Of a stretch of 64,000 nt of DNA, positions 58,645 through 64,000 are shown in pieces. The notes beneath the pieces are model-generated. The model did not search any database, was not told where the DNA came from, and saw nothing but the letters and a program-made list of their open reading frames with translations. Both the position numbers and the translations under genes were made by a program. The stretch lies in assembly GCA_945859975.1 (NCBI GenBank), contig CAMAPH010000006.1, forward strand, positions 1 to 64,000, given 5' to 3'. Source of the DNA: Chthonomonas calidirosea. GTDB taxonomy: Bacteria; Armatimonadota; Fimbriimonadia; Fimbriimonadales; Fimbriimonadaceae. The first letter of the stretch is position 1. Each line of letters opens with the position of its first letter.

Positions 58645-60339
58645 TTAATCCTCTTCCATCGCAAATACGCGCATGATCTCACTAGCAGGTACCTGACCTG
58701 CCAACACTTTTTCAATCGCACTTTGACGCATCGTCTTCATTCCGGTGGCAAGCGCACATTCGAAGAGCTCCGCACCAGACGCTCCGGAGAGCACCAATTC
58801 TCGAAGTTTTTCGTTCATCGTCACGATTTCCACCGCTGCCGTTCGCCCGCGGGTGCCTCGTCCGTTGCATCGTTTGCACCCGGTTCCCTTGCCTACCAAT
58901 GGGGGCTTTCCGTCCACCAGAGGAATTCCGACCGCCATGCAGTACTCCTTCTCAATCTCAACCATCTGCCGGCAAGACATGCACACGGTCCGCAGAAGGC
59001 GCTGCCCGAGAATTCCGGTAACCGCCGAAGCGATCAAGAACGGCTCCACGCCCATGTTCTGAAGACGCACCAGAGCACCCGGCGCATCGTTGGTGTGCAA
59101 GGTACTGAGAACAAGGTGGCCAGTAAGGGCTGCCTGAACGGCAATCTCCGCCGTGTCCTTGTCTCGAATTTCACCAACCAGAATCACGTCCGGGTCTTGT
59201 CGAACCAAGGTTCGCAGACCACTCGTAAACGTCACGCCAATCTTCGGATTGACCTGCATTTGGTTGACGCCGTTCAGCTGATACTCAACGGGGTCCTCAA
59301 CCGTGTTGATGTTGATCGAAGGCTCGTTGATGTATTGAAGGCCCGCATAAAGCGTGGTCGACTTCCCGGAACCCGTCGGACCGGTGACCAGCAACAAGCC
59401 GTGCGGTCGCTTGATCATTCGCTCAAAAACAACCTGCTGTTCGGAAAGCAACCCGATTCGGTCGATGCGGGCGAATGTGTTGTTCTTTTCCAACATTCGC
59501 ATACAAGCCTTTTCGCCGTGAACGGTCGGCATGATGCTCAGTCGAACGTCGAACTCCCGGCTGTTATCGTCTCGGATCGTAAAGCGGCCATCCTGCGGAC
59601 GCCGACGCTCGGCGATGTCGAGGCCAGACATGACCTTGAGTCGCGACATCATTGCCAGCATGTGCTGACGCGGCACCTGGATGTGGTCATACAAAATGCC
59701 GTCGATTCGATACCGAACCCGTACCGTGGTTTCTTGCGGTTCGATGTGAATATCTGAAGCACCCGCCGAAACCGCGCCGGTGACCATCTCATTCACCAGC
59801 TTTACGATCGGCGCCGTATCGGCGGCCTGCGGAATCTCTTCTTCCTGGTGCTCGTTGTCGTCCGTGATGATCGCGTCGATGATCGCGCGGGCTTTGCTCC
59901 GAACGTCGAACACGCGTCGGATACCTGCTTCAATGTCGCGCTTCAGCGCGTAGCAGGGAACAATTCGCCGCCCGGTAATGGCGCGCAACTCGTCAACGAC
60001 CTCAAAGTTGAGTGGGTCGTTCATCGCTATGAGCAACCGCTCGTCTTCTTCGCGGATCGGCAGCGCCAGGTTTGTAAGCGCAAAATGCTCGCTCACCATC
60101 ATGGCCACCTCAACGTCGATTTCCTGGTCACCGACGTCGATGAAAGGGAAACCCGATGCCTGCTCAATGAACGGAGCGAGTTCAGAAACCGAAAGCGTTC
60201 CTGCCGTGATTAGGACCTCGGCCAAAGACTCGCCGCTTTGCAAATGGCGCTGCACGGCCTGCTCCAGCTGATCCGAAGGAAGGACCTCGTTCTTCGCCAG
60301 AACCTTTGCGAGTCGATCGATCGTTCGGCCGTCCATCAT
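58645..60339 (-). CDS. pilB: Type IV pilus assembly ATPase (PilB/GspE family)
   Basis: ASDIHIEP, GPTGSGKSTTLY, TVEDPVEY, RQDPDVILVGEIRD, LSTLHTNDA, CxxC...CxxC. Confidence 0.95.
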   Translation of the reverse strand: MMDGRTIDRLAKVLAKNEVLPSDQLEQAVQRHLQSGESLAEVLITAGTLSVSELAPFIEQASGFPFIDVGDQEIDVEVAMMVSEHFALTNLALPIREEDERLLIAMNDPLNFEVVDELRAITGRRIVPCYALKRDIEAGIRRVFDVRSKARAIIDAIITDDNEHQEEEIPQAADTAPIVKLVNEMVTGAVSAGASDIHIEPQETTVRVRYRIDGILYDHIQVPRQHMLAMMSRLKVMSGLDIAERRRPQDGRFTIRDDNSREFDVRLSIMPTVHGEKACMRMLEKNNTFARIDRIGLLSEQQVVFERMIKRPHGLLLVTGPTGSGKSTTLYAGLQYINEPSININTVEDPVEYQLNGVNQMQVNPKIGVTFTSGLRTLVRQDPDVILVGEIRDKDTAEIAVQAALTGHLVLSTLHTNDAPGALVRLQNMGVEPFLIASAVTGILGQRLLRTVCMSCRQMVEIEKEYCMAVGIPLVDGKPPLVGKGTGCKRCNGRGTRGRTAAVEIVTMNEKLRELVLSGASGAELFECALATGMKTMRQSAIEKVLAGQVPASEIMRVFAMEED

Positions 60340-60402
60340 TTACTCTCTTTATGGTAGGCGTTTCTATCGGAAATTACCCCTCAGAAATGGGTTACAGCCC
60401 GA

Positions 60403-61503
60403 TCAAAGTTTTGAGTTCCCGGCCTCTTTTAGCGCTTGCACCACGGAACGTACTTCTTGCGCTTTTTGCTTGTTGCAAATGAGGACGGCATCGTCCGTGA
60501 CCACCACCAATAAATCATATACGCCAGTCATCGCCACGGTGATGTGAGAAGACTCGTTGTAAACCAAACAGTCCGCCGTTTGGGTCATCACATTGTCGCC
60601 GTAGGTTGCATTGTCGCGGGAATCGGAAGGCAAGAACCGGCTCACCGCATCCCACGAACCGACATCGTCCCACGTAAATTGCGACCCAATAACCGCAATA
60701 TTGCCACTGCGTTCCATCAGAGCGTAGTCAATAGAAATATCGGGCACTTCTAAAAAAAGTGCTTTCGCTTCGTCAATTTCATTTGATGCAAGATGAGCAG
60801 TGATGCCCTCGAGCAGCTCGAATAGTTTTGGCGCACCGTGCTTCAGCTCGGACCGGAAGGTTTCCACCGTCCAGAAAAACATGCCACTGTTCCAGTAGAA
60901 CCCCGGCGTTTGGGCATAACGGGCCGCAAGATCGAAGCTCGGCTTCTCGTAGAATCGAACCACGCGGAACCCGCGGTTCACTTGATCCACCACGAGTTCC
61001 GCGCCAAGATCTGCCTCTAAGTAGCCGTATCCGGTCTCGGGACGCGTCGGCAAGATTCCAAGCGTCGTGATCATTCGCTGACGCTCCGCAATGGTGAGAG
61101 CCGCGTCAACGTCGCGCTGAAACTGCTCCGGGGTATCAATCAGGTGATCGGCGGTAACCACCGCCATGCTCACTTCGCTTGCGTCATCATGTCTGCTCGC
61201 CAAGATCGCCGCAACCCAAAGAAGACAACCCGCGGTGTTTCGTTTGGCTGGCTCGACCAAAATCTGGTCGGGCGGAAAGTCCGGACAACTTTCAAGGATT
61301 GCTGGCTTGAGGTGCTCGCTCGTGATGATCAGCACCCGATTCGGCTCAAAGAGCCCTTTGAGTCGGTTGAGACTCTGGGTCAATAGAGACTCGGTTTGCC
61401 CCGGCAATATCACCAGCTGTTTTGGGCGGTTTCGGCGAGAAAGAGGCCAGAACCTCTCGCCTGATCCACCTGCCATGATAATCGCATACCGATGGTTTGA
61501 CAT
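60403..61503 (-). CDS. manC: Mannose-1-phosphate guanylyltransferase
   Basis: IMAGGSGERFWPLSR..PKQ, EP..RNTA, ADH, PETGYGY, WNSGMF, SIDYALME, WDDVGSW. Confidence 0.93.
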   Translation of the reverse strand: MSNHRYAIIMAGGSGERFWPLSRRNRPKQLVILPGQTESLLTQSLNRLKGLFEPNRVLIITSEHLKPAILESCPDFPPDQILVEPAKRNTAGCLLWVAAILASRHDDASEVSMAVVTADHLIDTPEQFQRDVDAALTIAERQRMITTLGILPTRPETGYGYLEADLGAELVVDQVNRGFRVVRFYEKPSFDLAARYAQTPGFYWNSGMFFWTVETFRSELKHGAPKLFELLEGITAHLASNEIDEAKALFLEVPDISIDYALMERSGNIAVIGSQFTWDDVGSWDAVSRFLPSDSRDNATYGDNVMTQTADCLVYNESSHITVAMTGVYDLLVVVTDDAVLICNKQKAQEVRSVVQALKEAGNSKL

Positions 61504-61595
61504 AATGTGCGGAAACCCGCAATATCAAGATACCAGTCGCGGGTCATAGTCCCATGGGCGGGAACTCTGCTCAACCCAAACGTATAGAGAACAGC

Positions 61596-62084
61596 ATGAG
61601 CGATTCACCAAGACTCGAAACCGCAACTTTCGCCGCCGGATGCTTCTGGGGCGTGGAAGAAAGCTTCCGAAACCTACCGGGCGTTCTGCGCACCGAGGTC
61701 GGATACGCCGGCGGCACCCTCGCTAACCCTTCCTACAAAGATGTGTGCAACGGTCGAACCGGGCACGCCGAAGTGGTGCAGCTGGACTTTGATCCGACCG
61801 TGATCAGCTACGAAGCACTACTGGCCCACTTCTTCGAAATGCACGATCCGACGCAAGTCGACCGCCAGGGACCGGACTACGGTGATCAGTACCGAACGGC
61901 CGTGTTCTATCACAGCGATAGCCAGCGACAAGCCGCCGCGGAGAGAATCGCCTTGTTGAACGCGTCCGGCCGATTCCCTCGCCCGATCGCGACAAAGTTG
62001 GAGTCACCGGATCAGTATTGGTCAGCCGAGGAATATCATCAGAAGTACCTTCTGAAGCGCGGCCTCGGCTCGTGTCACATCTAA
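61596..62084 (+). CDS. msrA: Peptide methionine sulfoxide reductase A
   Basis: AAGCFWGVE, TGHAEVV, QGPD.GDQYR, AEEYHQKY. Confidence 0.95.
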   Translation: MSDSPRLETATFAAGCFWGVEESFRNLPGVLRTEVGYAGGTLANPSYKDVCNGRTGHAEVVQLDFDPTVISYEALLAHFFEMHDPTQVDRQGPDYGDQYRTAVFYHSDSQRQAAAERIALLNASGRFPRPIATKLESPDQYWSAEEYHQKYLLKRGLGSCHI

Positions 62085-62090
62085 GTTTCG

Positions 62091-62585
62091 TTAGCGGAAG
62101 TTAACGAAATCGATCGGGAAGTCTAGGTCGAGTCCTTTGAGGAAGGTGATCGTCTTTTGAAGGTCATCCTTGCTCTTGGATGAAACCCGGACTTCCTCTC
62201 CCTGAATCTGTGCATTGACCTTCAGGCCCGCGTCCTTGATCTGCTTAATGAGGGGCTTAGCCTTGTCCTGAGCAATCCCGCTCTTGAACGTAAGCTTGCA
62301 GCGAAGGGACAAGCCCGTTGCAGGCTCAGGTGTTCCCCACTCGATCTGTCGGTGGTCAATCCCTCGCTTTAGGAGTTTGCTGAAGATGATGTCCTTGACT
62401 TGATCCAATCGGAATTCATCGTCGGCAAGAACCGTGATGTCCTCTTTCTCCATCAAAATCTCGCACTTGGACCCCTTGAGGTCATAGCGATTGGAAAGCT
62501 CTTTATCCGCCTGACCCATGGCGTTCTTCACTTCCATCTGGTCAACTCGGCTTACGATGTCAAAACTATAATCTGCTGCTGCCAT
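62091..62585 (-). CDS. yajQ: YajQ-family nucleotide/c-di-GMP-binding protein
   Basis: SFDIVSRVD..EVKNA, RYDLKGS, QIQGEEVRVS..KDDLQ, NFR C-terminus. Confidence 0.92.
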   Translation of the reverse strand: MAAADYSFDIVSRVDQMEVKNAMGQADKELSNRYDLKGSKCEILMEKEDITVLADDEFRLDQVKDIIFSKLLKRGIDHRQIEWGTPEPATGLSLRCKLTFKSGIAQDKAKPLIKQIKDAGLKVNAQIQGEEVRVSSKSKDDLQKTITFLKGLDLDFPIDFVNFR

Positions 62586-62917
62586 TACGCTGCCTCCAAA
62601 TCCTGATTCTGGACTAGCAAAACAAAGTTAACCGGAAACTTCATCTGTTCCGAGTTCAGGAGTTTGCGCTGCTCTTCCGTGCTGCTTTCGGCAAACTTGG
62701 CTTGGATTCGCGAAGTAGCGGTGGTGTGAACTTCGGAACTCACCTTGGGCAACGAGTCAAGCTCAACCTTCACGGAAACTTCCGCGGTGTCATAAACGTT
62801 GGCTACAACGCCCACCAGGCCAGCCATATGGCCAAAATAGCGGTGCTTTTCTCGGTCTTCTTTCGTGACCGGACGGGAGACGATGCGAACGCGATCTCCC
62901 TCTTTCCATACGGGCAT
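62585..62917 (-). CDS. Hypothetical protein with SH3/KOW-like N-terminus
   Basis: WKEGDRVRIV...GLVGVV; stop codon overlaps the yajQ start. Confidence 0.6.
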   Translation of the reverse strand: MPVWKEGDRVRIVSRPVTKEDREKHRYFGHMAGLVGVVANVYDTAEVSVKVELDSLPKVSSEVHTTATSRIQAKFAESSTEEQRKLLNSEQMKFPVNFVLLVQNQDLEAA

Positions 62918-62968
62918 AGCTGGAAGTGTACCTATGGGCCATTTCTGGCCCATAGAGATCGTAGCGGG

Positions 62969-63175
62969 TTACTTCATGCCGGAGCCGACGCGGGCTTCCG
63001 CGCCTTTTCCGGCTTCCGATAGCCCGCGAGACTGCATTTCAACGCCACCCTTTGCGGTTTCACCCGGAACGGGTGCCGCATTGGGGTCGCTTGCCACGGC
63101 CGGCGGCTCAGAGTTGCAACCAACCAAGAGAATGCCAACCGCAACCAAGATTGCGAGCTTTATTCGTTGTCCCAT
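62969..63175 (-). CDS. Small lipoprotein
   Basis: Lipobox LVGC; overlaps the 3' end of the upstream prepilin-like gene. Confidence 0.6.
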   Translation of the reverse strand: MGQRIKLAILVAVGILLVGCNSEPPAVASDPNAAPVPGETAKGGVEMQSRGLSEAGKGAEARVGSGMK

Positions 63176-64000
63176 AGATACTGCGACTTGTCGATCAACT
63201 GCACGGCACTGGCGTTGATGGTTCTATTCCAGTTCGTTCCAATGGCGAGAGCGCCTGGGCTCAGCTTTCGAACGCTGCCATCCGCAAAGCCAACGGTCGC
63301 CTTCTCCGCCGCTCGGAGGCTTGTGCCACCGGTGAGCGAGCCAGCCTCGTACGACTTGATTCCCATCAGCGCTGGGTCACCCCAGAAGCTACCAACGCCC
63401 CAACCGTCAAAGCACCAATCTGCTCGGGTTCGGCAGTCTGGCGGGTCCACGATCACGCTCGTGTCGGGCCCGATCGCTCCGTAGCTGTAGTACTGACCGC
63501 CGGTCAATCGGCTCTCGGAAGTCTGCTCAAATCGTCCGGTGAGCATGACCGTATTCGATGGGGCGCCAAGCGAGCTCTGCGAACGCGTCGATGGAACGAC
63601 CAAAGGCGACGGACCTTCGTATGGAGCGAGGGTCGAATAGTTGTAGCCAAACGTTCCCGTTAGGGTGACCTGGTTTACGAAACCAAAGGCCGAACCTCGG
63701 GGGACGCGTGGAGCCAGTGGATCTTCGAACAAGTCAGCCGACTTAATGTACGGAAGGATGTTCCAGACCCAGCTCGAATAGCCGATGAAGTTGCCGGAGT
63801 TGTCCCATCGGTTGGCGGGGACGAAAGTGTCCTCGGTGTCGCCCATGTAAAGCAGGTGTCCAAGCACGATCTGCTTGTTGTTGCTAATGCTGGCAGCGGA
63901 CTTGGCTGCTTGCTTCGCCTGAGCGAAGACTGGGAATAGGATGGCAGCGAGGATTGCAATGATCGCAATCACGACGAGAAGTTCGATAAGTGTAAATGCT
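63160..64000 (-). CDS. Prepilin-type N-terminal cleavage/methylation protein (H-X9-DG-like family), 5'-truncated by window edge
   Basis: AFTLIELLVVIAIIAILAAILFPVFAQAK...SISNNKQI..YMGD; C-terminal GFADGSVR. Confidence 0.88.
   Translation of the reverse strand, partial: AFTLIELLVVIAIIAILAAILFPVFAQAKQAAKSAASISNNKQIVLGHLLYMGDTEDTFVPANRWDNSGNFIGYSSWVWNILPYIKSADLFEDPLAPRVPRGSAFGFVNQVTLTGTFGYNYSTLAPYEGPSPLVVPSTRSQSSLGAPSNTVMLTGRFEQTSESRLTGGQYYSYGAIGPDTSVIVDPPDCRTRADWCFDGWGVGSFWGDPALMGIKSYEAGSLTGGTSLRAAEKATVGFADGSVRKLSPGALAIGTNWNRTINASAVQLIDKSQYLWDNE

Overview
Bacterial chromosomal window. Gene content and style suggest Armatimonadota (Fimbriimonas-like), which is an inference only. From start to end it holds: (1) an exosortase/EpsI-linked exopolysaccharide locus (~1-19 kb) with nucleotide-sugar enzymes, Wzc, Wzx, a Wzy-like protein and four GT4s; (2) galE, rfbD and a mycobacterial-type polyprenyl-phospho-arabinose trio (UbiA-, DprE2- and DprE1-like); (3) an AT-richer islet of three paralogous ~160-aa unknown proteins plus an IS3 remnant; (4) a large kexin-like S8 protease with three Ig-like repeats; (5) housekeeping genes (E1 alpha/beta fusion, sdhC, eno, SOD, ybeY, rpsU, tRNA-Leu, serA); (6) a type IV pilus locus. 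The pilus locus is the standout: pilB-pilC, then eight tandem full-length pilin genes, then fused pilMN, pilO and a secretin. Six of the pilins are exactly 130 aa with a nearly invariant N-terminal half and a patchwork Ser/Thr/Ala/Gly-variable C-terminal half. Each of the six has its own intrinsic terminator and one of two position-conserved upstream motifs. This looks like an individually regulated, recombining pilin repertoire, possibly coupled to arabinosylation. All product calls come from motif recognition; no database searches were run.
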